Below are positions 1-8,690 of a stretch of DNA of 64,000 bases, piece by piece; the stretch's first letter is position 1, and each line of letters begins with the position of its first letter. The stretch is from Verrucomicrobiaceae bacterium (lineage in GTDB: Bacteria > Verrucomicrobiota > Verrucomicrobiia > Verrucomicrobiales > Akkermansiaceae): NCBI GenBank assembly GCA_051252135.1, contig JBPOGH010000011.1, forward strand, positions 64,001-128,000, given 5' to 3'. The position numbers were made by a program, and so were the translations under genes. The notes beneath the pieces are model-generated. The model made no database searches. It saw only the letters and a program-made list of their open reading frames with translations, and was not told the origin of the DNA.

Positions 1-1119
1 TGAGGAATACCCGTCGTAGGTGTCGACAAAGTTAATATCCCATTGGAACGACCGTGTAGAGGTATCCCGCGAGTTCCCCGTGGAAAACTGGTTGCGGCTG
101 AAGTCGACCCGACCTGTCACCTGATCACCAATTGAAAAGAAAAATGGCCCTAGCTCATAGAAGCTTGAAGGAGTTGGAATCAACTCGGTGAAACGCTCAC
201 CCTGTGGCACGATCGGATCGTAGGGAGGGAATACAACCGTTCCTGCAGGAAGGGTCACGGTAATCGGCAGTCCGAAATCATCCACTGTCTCAACATCCTC
301 AGCAAAGCGGGAAATAATCGAAAAGTTGGTTGAATCGGATGGCAGGGTCGTATTTCCATTGAATCCGCGCCACTGGAACTTGAAGAAAATACGAGGATCA
401 ACCTCAAGTGCTCCGTTTCTCCACTGACCGTCATGAAGCATGGTGAATTCATTGGCTCCGGGAACTACGCCACGACCAGGCCAAGCCTCGATCATGTTCA
501 AGTGGGTAATGCGAATCAAATACGGATTCTGATCGTCGTTCAGACGAGGAAACTCAAAAATGTAGGTTCCGGGAACAATATCGTTCAATTGATCCTGAAG
601 CTGATTTGCAAGGTAAGGTCGGCTTGAATCAAATTGGGTGATTTCGTAAGCCCGAATCGGACGATTGATCTGGTCAAACCAGACAACCACACTGGAATCT
701 TCCCAACTGGCACCTCCCAACGGACGTCCCAAGGTGGATGGTGGAGCAGCGATCATCCGAATCCGCTGGGTTTGAAATGGCTCAACATTTTGCGCCGCAA
801 CCAGACCACCAACGGACCAATAGGTGTTCACGTCCCGAATCCCGTCATCATCAATATCGCCCGCAGTAATGAACCCCGTTGTACCTAGAGGGCAAAAAAT
901 GTAAGGAAGCACTCGCACACGGCTTCCATTATCCACGCAATTCACGATGGTCACCGAACCATCCCTTAGGTTCATTGCCAAATCACCGCCTTCATAGATA
1001 AACTGGCGATCTCCAACCTGGCGGTAGGTTTTCTGGTCTGAAAAACTGAGAACTGCCTGGCCTGACGAAAGCAACGGAGCGAGGGCGAATGCTCCTGTGA
1101 GAAACGATTTTAGATTCAT
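1..1119 (-). CDS. Secreted hypothetical protein (partial, runs off the left edge)
   Basis: Absent from the ORF track. Hand translation from ATG at 1119 gives an open frame to position 1: MNLKSFLTGAFALAPLLSSGQAVLSFSDQKTYRQ...GDIDDDGIRD...; the N-terminus looks like a signal peptide. Confidence 0.8.
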   Translation of the reverse strand, partial: MNLKSFLTGAFALAPLLSSGQAVLSFSDQKTYRQVGDRQFIYEGGDLAMNLRDGSVTIVNCVDNGSRVRVLPYIFCPLGTTGFITAGDIDDDGIRDVNTYWSVGGLVAAQNVEPFQTQRIRMIAAPPSTLGRPLGGASWEDSSVVVWFDQINRPIRAYEITQFDSSRPYLANQLQDQLNDIVPGTYIFEFPRLNDDQNPYLIRITHLNMIEAWPGRGVVPGANEFTMLHDGQWRNGALEVDPRIFFKFQWRGFNGNTTLPSDSTNFSIISRFAEDVETVDDFGLPITVTLPAGTVVFPPYDPIVPQGERFTELIPTPSSFYELGPFFFSIGDQVTGRVDFSRNQFSTGNSRDTSTRSFQWDINFVDTYDGYSS

Positions 1120-1145
1120 GGAAAGTTTATCGAAGGTGTTTGCAA

Positions 1146-1160
1146 TGCATTTACATGCCA
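1146..1160 (-). promoter_or_regulatory. Sigma54-like element TGGCATGTAAATGCA (GG-N9-GC, one base shorter than canonical)
   Basis: Reads TGGCATGTAAATGCA on the minus strand, 27-41 nt upstream of the ATG at 1119. Confidence 0.4.
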
Positions 1161-1288
1161 CGCAAGAAGGTGGCAAGGAGATTTTCCCAAGGACCACCTC
1201 AACTCAGCTTGGAAACAAGCGAAGACGGCGGGATTCTTGGGACTTCTAAAAAGCTAGCGATCTCGTACTAGAACCGGCAAGCGCAAAA

Positions 1289-3202
1289 TCAACGCATCCC
1301 CTTCAGAAGAAGCTCCGTGTTGGTCTTTGTCTTGGATAAATTGGCCAAAAGTGTCTCAATTGACTCTCCAATCGGCAGTGCCGCAAGATGCCGTCGAATA
1401 TCCAAAACTCGCGGGAATTCCTCTGAATGGTAGAGTCTATCGTCGTTTCGGGTGCCGCTCTGGGGAATATGTATCGCAGGATATACCCTTTGTTCGGCAA
1501 GCTCACGATCGAGTCGCACCTCCATATTACCGGTTCCTTTAAGTTCCTCAAAAATAACATCATCCATCCTGCTTTCCGTCTCAATCAGGCAAGTTGCAAG
1601 AATAGTGAGACTTCCGCCACCCTCCACATTCCGGGCAGCTCCAAAAAACTTTCTTGTTTCGGTAATCGCCTTCGGACTGATCCCTCCGGACCCAATTGGG
1701 CCACCTCGGACCGCATTATTGTATCCGCGGGCCAGTCGAGTGAGACTATCAAGAAGAATCACCACATCCTTCCCCTGCTCTACCAGGCGCCTCGAGCGTT
1801 CAAGGACCAAACTTGCAACCTGTGCGTGACGCTTGGAAGCCTCATCGAACGTGGAAGCATAAACCCCCCCTCCAATCAAATCCTCAAAGTCCGTTACTTC
1901 TTCAGGCCGTTCATCCAGGAGGAGGATGATCAACTCGCATTCGGGGTGATTCTTCTGAAGAGAGCTGGCAATCTGCTTGAGCAAAATGGTCTTCCCCCCC
2001 CTCGGAGGAGCCACAATCAATCCCCTCTGCCCCTTTCCAAGAGGAGCAACCAGATCCACTACCCGAACTGCAAGCGCATTCTCATCTTCCCGTTCAAGCA
2101 CAAACCGCTCCTCAGGAAAAAGCGACGTCAAAAAGTCGAAAGGAGCCGGAGCCTTGTACTCGGATGCATCACAACCTTCAATCTTGAGCACCTCACCCAC
2201 CGAAAGGTATTTATCCCTTCCCTGAGGCGGGCAAACACTCACCCGGAGAAATTGACCCTCCCGCAAGTTAAGCTCACGGATAAGCCCCACCGGAACATAA
2301 AGGTCATCTGCCGATGACTTGAAGCTCCGCTTCGGGTCCCGGATCATCCCAAAATTGTCATTCGCCATCTCAAGGACTCCCTCGCCCTCAATACGGGTCC
2401 CGTTAGCTGCATAACAACTGAGAATGGTGAAAATCAGCTGCGCCTTAGTCGCATGGCTCGGAGTCCTCACCGGCAGACGCTCGATCTCATCGTGAAGTGC
2501 CAGTTGTGGCCGATTCCGAAAGTCTTCCAGGTCGACAAACTCCGGAACTTCGGGTGCGGGCTGGGCTTCTTGCCGGCTTCTCGCCTTTCTCCGCTCAGGT
2601 TCACGATCTCTTCGGCTTTCCCGGCCGGCCCCTTCGGAATCCGGAACAAGCGGTTCAGAGACCTCCTTCAATACTTCATCCGCTGCTCCTCCGCTCGCTT
2701 CCGATTTTCCAATATCCGTTTTGACCGAATCACGCCCCCTGGCCCGACCAAGCTCCTTTGGCTCCTTCGACTCCTTCGACTTCTTCGACTCCTTCGACTC
2801 CTTCGACTCCTTCGACTCTACAGGCTCTACAGGCTCTACAGGCTCTACAGGCTCTACAGGCTCTACAGGCTCTACAGGCTCTACAGGCTCAATCGATAGC
2901 TCCGCCCCATTCCCTTGCGGGCTTGCCTCCTCAGATGACGTCTTTGGACGCTCGTCGAGCCCGGGAAGTTCGGGCCCGGTCTCAATTTGAGAAGCCTGCT
3001 TCTTGCTTCCTTTCTTAACTGTCTTTTTAGCGGCTTTCTTTGCAACCTTCTTGGTCGCCTTCTTTGCTGCCTTTTTGACTGATTTCTTCGCAGCTTTCTT
3101 GGCCACTTTCTTCTTGGTGACACCTGCCTTTTCGGCCGGTTGGATGTCCTTTTCCTCGGTCACATCGGCTTTCACCTCTTCAGGTGCTGAATCTTCATTC
3201 AT
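1289..3202 (-). CDS. rho: Transcription termination factor Rho with long low-complexity N-terminal extension
   Basis: APLGKGQRGLIVAPPRGGKT P-loop, LLLDERPEEVTD, LLDSLTRLARGYN, FFGAARNVEGGGSLTILAT, EELKGTGNME. Confidence 0.97.
   Translation of the reverse strand: MNEDSAPEEVKADVTEEKDIQPAEKAGVTKKKVAKKAAKKSVKKAAKKATKKVAKKAAKKTVKKGSKKQASQIETGPELPGLDERPKTSSEEASPQGNGAELSIEPVEPVEPVEPVEPVEPVEPVEPVESKESKESKESKKSKESKEPKELGRARGRDSVKTDIGKSEASGGAADEVLKEVSEPLVPDSEGAGRESRRDREPERRKARSRQEAQPAPEVPEFVDLEDFRNRPQLALHDEIERLPVRTPSHATKAQLIFTILSCYAANGTRIEGEGVLEMANDNFGMIRDPKRSFKSSADDLYVPVGLIRELNLREGQFLRVSVCPPQGRDKYLSVGEVLKIEGCDASEYKAPAPFDFLTSLFPEERFVLEREDENALAVRVVDLVAPLGKGQRGLIVAPPRGGKTILLKQIASSLQKNHPECELIILLLDERPEEVTDFEDLIGGGVYASTFDEASKRHAQVASLVLERSRRLVEQGKDVVILLDSLTRLARGYNNAVRGGPIGSGGISPKAITETRKFFGAARNVEGGGSLTILATCLIETESRMDDVIFEELKGTGNMEVRLDRELAEQRVYPAIHIPQSGTRNDDRLYHSEEFPRVLDIRRHLAALPIGESIETLLANLSKTKTNTELLLKGMR
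2762..2887. repeat. Two abutting 9-bp tandem arrays inside rho: (CTCCTTCGA)x6 (one variant unit) then (CTCTACAGG)x8, encoding (PVE)8-(SKE)n
   Basis: Read directly from the sequence at 2762-2815 and 2816-2887. Confidence 0.95.
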
Positions 3203-3205
3203 GAC

Positions 3206-3817
3206 TTAACTCAAATCGTTGGTAAATTGTTCAACTTGGGCATGAAGGCAACTCAAAGGTCCCTCATTCCAGAATACGACGTCCGCACGGTCTACCTTCT
3301 CCCTGATCGGAAGCTGGGCAGCCAGAATGGATGAAATCATGGCGTCATCAAATTGACTCCGTGCCTTCAAACGTGTCCGTTGTGTCTCCTCCGAAGTGGC
3401 GACAACAAGGTTAAATTCCTGACCGAAATCAAATCCGCCTTCAAATAGAAGCGGAACATCCGCGACAAACATCGTCCTGCCCTGTTGTTTATGCCATTTC
3501 GCGACTTTCTCAAGACATTCCTTTCGAACTTCCGGATGTAGAATCCCCTCCAGGATTTCCCTCTTTGCCGGATCTCGAAAAATAATATTTCTCAGCACCT
3601 CCCGATCCAGAGCCCCTTCATCATTCAATACTCCCCCACCAAGACCTACTTCAATCTTGGATAAGATCCGAGCTGACTCCAACAAGATTGAAACACAGCC
3701 ATCGGAGTCAAAGATCTCCAGACCCGGCTGCAATTCCCGGAAGAATCTCAGGGCCGTAGACTTGCCAGTGGCAATCCCTCCGGTCAATCCGAAGCATATT
3801 GGAATTTCATGTGTCAT
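3206..3817 (-). CDS. coaE: Dephospho-CoA kinase
   Basis: GLTGGIATGKST P-loop, LEGILHPEVR, DVPLLFE. The ATG at 3817 is preferred over the track start. Confidence 0.95.
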   Translation of the reverse strand: MTHEIPICFGLTGGIATGKSTALRFFRELQPGLEIFDSDGCVSILLESARILSKIEVGLGGGVLNDEGALDREVLRNIIFRDPAKREILEGILHPEVRKECLEKVAKWHKQQGRTMFVADVPLLFEGGFDFGQEFNLVVATSEETQRTRLKARSQFDDAMISSILAAQLPIREKVDRADVVFWNEGPLSCLHAQVEQFTNDLS

Positions 3818-3875
3818 GAACTTAGCACAAAAGGGCACACCGCGATCATCCCGATATTCCCCTCTCCGGGGAAAC

Positions 3876-3908
3876 AAAAAAGCGAGGATCGTTACCGATC
3901 CCCGCTTT
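3876..3908 (-). terminator. Intrinsic terminator after the secretin gene
   Basis: Minus strand GCGGGGATCG-GTAA-CGATCCTCGC-TTTTTT. Confidence 0.85.
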
Positions 3909-3931
3909 GAAATATTAAACTGCGCTACAAC

Positions 3932-6475
3932 CTAGTTGCTTGGAAGCATCGTATTAGTGCCACTCGTGGGAGCGCTGGTAGCACTCTGGAGACGGCGACC
4001 GGTCGCATCAATGATCTCAGCAGTCACGAAGATGATGAGGTTACTCTTGATGTGATTCTCGGAATTCGATTGGAAGAGACGACCGATCAAAGGCAGGTCA
4101 CCAAGAATGGGGACTTTGTCTTCAACCATTTGCACATCTTCACGCATCAGACCACCAACAGCGACGGTGTATCCGTCATAGATGGTGATTCCCGTGTTCA
4201 CCTTGCGAGTCGAGAAGATCGGCATCTCGATGCGGTTCTCGGTGATCACAATCTGAACAGGGTTTCCAAGCGAGTCGGAAGCTGGCGAGGTGATCGGGCT
4301 TCCGTAGTTAACGAATCCCTCAAACTCGACAATCTCAGGGGCGAAGCGGAGGTCGATGACACTGTCATTGGCTCCCACATTCGGCTCGATCTCAAGGATC
4401 ACACCGGTTTTACGGGTGTCGAAGGTTGTCGGTGTTGCAGGGGTGACGGGGAAGATTCCGCCGCCGCCGCCGCCACCCACTCCACCGGTAGTACCGGTAG
4501 CACCAACCTGGTTAGGAAGTTCGGGTGGTTCGTATTCGGTTGGGTAAATAAACTCCCGAATAATCTCAATCGTCGCCTTATCACCGGGACGTGCCATGAC
4601 GCTTGGAGCAGTCATGATGTCGGTGCCCTTCTTCTGGGAGAGACCACGCATGATCATCTGGACCTGGCCTTCATCGAAGAGTCCGGTCAGAGAAAGAATA
4701 CCGGGAGCAACGTTGGTGGTCTGGGCAGTCCGGGAAGGATTGTTCAGAATCGCATCAATGCTGTTGCGGTTGATCGCAAAATCACCGGTGCGAAGACCTG
4801 CAGTTGAGATGCCCGTAACTTGGTCACCAGTCGCGGCGGGAATGCCGGGAATGGTGGTGAAGGCGACTGGACTGATGAAATCGGAGCCGGTGCGGGCGGA
4901 GCCGGCACCAACAGTGCCACCACCAGCGAAGACCTGATTGGTTCCAAATGGAGTAATGACCCAGTCAAACCCGAGTTCCTCACCGTTCTCCTGGGAGACT
5001 TCAACAAACTTGGTGAGAATCTTGATCTGGCGGGGCGTATCGCTGAAGGAAGCCTTCACAATCGCATCCACCAACTCAAGCTGGGTTGGTGAGTTACGAA
5101 CGATCAGTGTTCCGGAACCGGAAAGAAGGTTGGCAGACGAACCGTCGGCAAACTTCACACCTTGGTCCTCAAGAAGCTCTTTTACCGGGCGACGTGCCTT
5201 GATCACACTTCCACCACCTGAATCAGGATCGGCGAAAGGATCATCACTGGCACCACCACTGCCACCACCATCTCCACCGGAGATGAAGTTTTCAAAAGTA
5301 GGAGGAACAGTCCAACGACGGGTCACAATGTCTTCACCCTCACCGGAACCGAGAGGAAGAAGGGTCACTGCGTATTCGTCGACCTTGTAACGAAGCTTGG
5401 CCTTGTCACAGATATACTGGAGGGCAACTCCAAGAGGAACATTGGTCAAGCTCAGTTGGTCGATTCGGGCGCCACTCGGGCTCCCACCACCAAAGCCACC
5501 GGCTTCGGCATCAACTCCAGCGTCACCTTCTCCGGAGACCGTGGACTTGCGCACAACAAAGTTAATCCCCTTCTGACTGTCGTCGAGGGTCGTGGTATCA
5601 AGCTCCTTGGAACGGAGGCGAAGGAAGTCAATGGCTTCTTCAACCGTGGTGTCCTGGAAGTCGATCCGTGGGATGACAATCTGCTGCAGCTTGGCTGCAA
5701 TGGAGGTGGCTCCGGGACCATCTTCCTGACCAGGTGTCAAAATGGGTGCATCGACTCCGACAGGAGGAAGAGCAAGTTCCCAGGCTTTGTCGACCTGCAT
5801 CAACATGCGCGCACGATTCTCATCGTAGGCGGCACGGTAGTAGTCAGACTTGATGGAAGCACAACGCTCCAGCCAGCGGCGGGCTGCCTTGTTATAGGGA
5901 TCCGTCCGAAGGACATTGTGGAAGTGCTCTTCCGCTTCGTCGTATTTACCCAGATCATAGGCACCTTCGCCTTTATAGAGATTACGGCGAACTTCGTCGA
6001 TGTTCTTGGTGTGCTCGTAATCCAATGAAGGATTGGTGCGGATGGGATCATCAAGATACTCGAGCTGCTGCTGGGCTGCTGCATTGCCGGGATCGGCATC
6101 AACAACTTCAGTCAAAAGATTACGGGCTTCATCGTACTTTCCGGTCCGACGTTGCTGCTGTGAAAGCGCAACACTTCCGTCCTGGAGATGCTGATTGAGA
6201 ATCGCGCGGCGATCTGCAGTCGCACTTCCGTAGGGAAGAGTATCAAGCGCCTGACGATATTTCTGAACGGCCGTGTCGTAGTCCCCTTCTGCGTAGGCCT
6301 TACGTCCTCCGGTGAGAAGTTGGTCAGCACTATTCACCGCCTCCTGACGGCGAATAAGTTCCTGAGCCGCGAGACTACCTTCTCCATAAGCTCTCCCACT
6401 CGTGAGGGGAGAAACAGCAAGAGCCGCGAGGGCCAGCACTGTGCGATTGGTGAGGTGTGTGTGTCTTTTCTGCAT
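3932..6475 (-). CDS. Outer-membrane secretin (PilQ/GspD-like) with N-terminal TPRs; Amuc_1098-family
   Basis: C-terminal secretin signature VAVGGLMRE...KVPILGDLPLIGRLFQS...NLIIFVTAEII, TPR-like helices, signal peptide, last gene of the five-gene cluster. Confidence 0.92.
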   Translation of the reverse strand: MQKRHTHLTNRTVLALAALAVSPLTSGRAYGEGSLAAQELIRRQEAVNSADQLLTGGRKAYAEGDYDTAVQKYRQALDTLPYGSATADRRAILNQHLQDGSVALSQQQRRTGKYDEARNLLTEVVDADPGNAAAQQQLEYLDDPIRTNPSLDYEHTKNIDEVRRNLYKGEGAYDLGKYDEAEEHFHNVLRTDPYNKAARRWLERCASIKSDYYRAAYDENRARMLMQVDKAWELALPPVGVDAPILTPGQEDGPGATSIAAKLQQIVIPRIDFQDTTVEEAIDFLRLRSKELDTTTLDDSQKGINFVVRKSTVSGEGDAGVDAEAGGFGGGSPSGARIDQLSLTNVPLGVALQYICDKAKLRYKVDEYAVTLLPLGSGEGEDIVTRRWTVPPTFENFISGGDGGGSGGASDDPFADPDSGGGSVIKARRPVKELLEDQGVKFADGSSANLLSGSGTLIVRNSPTQLELVDAIVKASFSDTPRQIKILTKFVEVSQENGEELGFDWVITPFGTNQVFAGGGTVGAGSARTGSDFISPVAFTTIPGIPAATGDQVTGISTAGLRTGDFAINRNSIDAILNNPSRTAQTTNVAPGILSLTGLFDEGQVQMIMRGLSQKKGTDIMTAPSVMARPGDKATIEIIREFIYPTEYEPPELPNQVGATGTTGGVGGGGGGGIFPVTPATPTTFDTRKTGVILEIEPNVGANDSVIDLRFAPEIVEFEGFVNYGSPITSPASDSLGNPVQIVITENRIEMPIFSTRKVNTGITIYDGYTVAVGGLMREDVQMVEDKVPILGDLPLIGRLFQSNSENHIKSNLIIFVTAEIIDATGRRLQSATSAPTSGTNTMLPSN

Positions 6476-6576
6476 GATCTGGTTGAATAATCGTTAAATT
6501 ATGGGGGGTGAGGGAAGCTTTTTTTCGCATCCCCCCACCTTTTTCGTTACTTTTGTTTAAATTCGGGCGTTTTGAG

Positions 6577-7629
6577 TTACTTCACGGGAATTTCGCGGGT
6601 CTTCTTTTCCCCGTTATCGTCGTATTCCACAATCACTGCCACGGGGTCTGTGTTGGGACGCTCTCCCATATCAACTGAAGCCAGTCGATATTCATAGGTC
6701 TTGCCATCCACGGTGACCTTGAATGACTCATTCTCCTTAACGGTGTGCGTCTTCCCTTGTTGACCGGCCGCATTAAGCTCGAAGGTGACTACGTTATCGA
6801 ACTGGAAATACATCGGTTCACGACCACGGGGCGTGCGGTAAGGAGCCTTGTATCGGGTCCCCTTTTTGTTGGGTGCAAGATCTTCAATCACTGCATAAAC
6901 CAACTCACGCTGCCTTCCGTTGACCTCAATCATCTCTGCCGCTTTTTCGATTACCTTGAATCGACCATTGGCGGGCTCCTCATTGAAAAAGACGTCGCCA
7001 ATTTTCACGTTGTCAAGGGCGCGCATCCGGATCTCCTTTTTGTTGCTGTCTCGGTAGCGGAACTGGAAATCGTCGTTGCCCAAAATCGAATTGAGTTCAA
7101 CAAGCCAATAGGTGCTATCGATCTTCTTCACCTCCAGCTTGTTCACCAATGCAGGGTAGGACTTGTCATCTGCCGGATTGGTCCCCTCTTCAAATTCCTC
7201 AATGTTGGCGAATCCATCACGGTCCGCGTCCTGTTGGGGAGAATCACTGAAACTGGGATCAATCCGGTGCTTCACCCACCATTCGTTTGGAATGGGTGGA
7301 TGAACCGGAGGTTCTTCCAAAATATCGACCACTTGCTCGACCTTTCCATCCTTCACAAAGAGATCGACACTGGCAAAAAGATCCACCACACGACCGCTTC
7401 CGGTAACGGGATCTTTCAAAGGATCCACGGTTGAAAGCTTTCTGGAGACATCGTCAATGAGTTCCCCTCCGGGAACACTCACCCCATCTCCCTTTTTTCC
7501 ACCGGCATCTGTTTCAAACTGAGCTTGCAGCTCCGATGCGTTGCTCCATGAAAGGTAGCCAATGGCACCAAGAGCGAGAACACCACCCCCGAGGGCGGCC
7601 TTATGATAATTTTCTGACAACCAGGACAT
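6577..7629 (-). CDS. Amuc_1099-family pilus-system protein
   Basis: MSWLSENYHK plus TM anchor, PPVHPPIPNEWW, DADRDGFANIEEFEEGTNP; position in the cluster. Confidence 0.8.
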   Translation of the reverse strand: MSWLSENYHKAALGGGVLALGAIGYLSWSNASELQAQFETDAGGKKGDGVSVPGGELIDDVSRKLSTVDPLKDPVTGSGRVVDLFASVDLFVKDGKVEQVVDILEEPPVHPPIPNEWWVKHRIDPSFSDSPQQDADRDGFANIEEFEEGTNPADDKSYPALVNKLEVKKIDSTYWLVELNSILGNDDFQFRYRDSNKKEIRMRALDNVKIGDVFFNEEPANGRFKVIEKAAEMIEVNGRQRELVYAVIEDLAPNKKGTRYKAPYRTPRGREPMYFQFDNVVTFELNAAGQQGKTHTVKENESFKVTVDGKTYEYRLASVDMGERPNTDPVAVIVEYDDNGEKKTREIPVK

Positions 7630-7640
7630 TTTAATAGGTT

Positions 7641-8672
7641 TTATTTGATGGTTGGGAATTTGAGAGTCTCGTCGAAGAGAAGGAGGTCAAGGCGGATAAA
7701 CACCGAAACATCTTCACCACCGGCAACCCGCTGAAGAATTTCTGTCGAGGAAGGCGCCTCAAGTTCTTCAACTGATGCGGGCTCCTCTTCTTCCACGACG
7801 TCGCCAAAGCCATCGCTGGACTTTGGAACTTCCGCGACCGGATCAGCAGCGGCCGATTTGATCCCCTTGGATGAAGGCACTGCCGAGTAGTTCTTAACTC
7901 GGGCGATCCGGGCATCGAAAAAGAACTGATCGGAGTTGGCGATCGCCTGAATGGCCTTACGCACGGCGAGCTCCGAACCCTCGAAGGTAAGCTCGATTGG
8001 CAAACGCTTGGCTACTGGAATCGTTGGAATCACAATAGCTGCAGGAGCTTTTTTGGCTTTCCCCTTGGCTGGCTTGGTATTCTTTTTTCCCCTGGGAGCA
8101 GGCTTTTTCGAGTCATCCCAAGAAGCGCCATCCTCAATGGGAAGACGCTCACGACGGAAGTTCACCACTTCGGAAACCCCGGCGTTGGCAAGCTCACGAA
8201 AGAGCCAGTCAATAGCCGCAAGTTCGTAAGCTAACACTCCGGTGGAGTCCTCGCGTGGGAGAGCTCCCTTATAGTCTTCAAATCCCAGATATGCTTGCTC
8301 CGGGAGCTTTGCCCGCTTTTCCTCGAAAAGACTCCGCACTTCGGCATCCGACTTTTTCAAACGATCTGAAAAAGTGTTTGCCGCGATCTTGTCGAGACTC
8401 TCCGGTCGGAAGGAGAGAAACTTGGCCTGCATCTCTTCCGCCTTCGAAACAACCTCTTTGAGATTATTCTTCTTTGAGGAAACATTCTCGATCGTTGGAT
8501 ATGGATCGAGTGACTTCTTCTGCTTGATGGACGTTTTGCGCTCCTCAACCTTCGTGACGGCTTCATCCCGCTTTCCGGCGGTGCTAACACCGAGGAAAAT
8601 GATGAGACCGGCGAGGATTGCCGTTACGACGATGAGTCCGCCGAGAAACTTATTTTCTTTGAACCAGTTCAT
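7641..8672 (-). CDS. Amuc_1100-family pilus-like (PilO/PilN-like) protein
   Basis: MNWFKENKFLGG plus TM, YLGFEDY, LPIELTFEGSE; lies between the PilM-like and Amuc_1099-like genes. Confidence 0.82.
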   Translation of the reverse strand: MNWFKENKFLGGLIVVTAILAGLIIFLGVSTAGKRDEAVTKVEERKTSIKQKKSLDPYPTIENVSSKKNNLKEVVSKAEEMQAKFLSFRPESLDKIAANTFSDRLKKSDAEVRSLFEEKRAKLPEQAYLGFEDYKGALPREDSTGVLAYELAAIDWLFRELANAGVSEVVNFRRERLPIEDGASWDDSKKPAPRGKKNTKPAKGKAKKAPAAIVIPTIPVAKRLPIELTFEGSELAVRKAIQAIANSDQFFFDARIARVKNYSAVPSSKGIKSAAADPVAEVPKSSDGFGDVVEEEEPASVEELEAPSSTEILQRVAGGEDVSVFIRLDLLLFDETLKFPTIK

Positions 8673-8690
8673 GGTTTTTTGTGAGTAATT

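Noticed and set aside
255..888. Short track ORFs at 255-452, 433-627 and 634-888
   Set aside because: They lie within or antisense to the longer minus-strand frame 1-1119.
2762..2887. Tandem repeats as a possible CRISPR array
   Set aside because: 9-bp units with no spacers, in frame within rho, and no cas genes.
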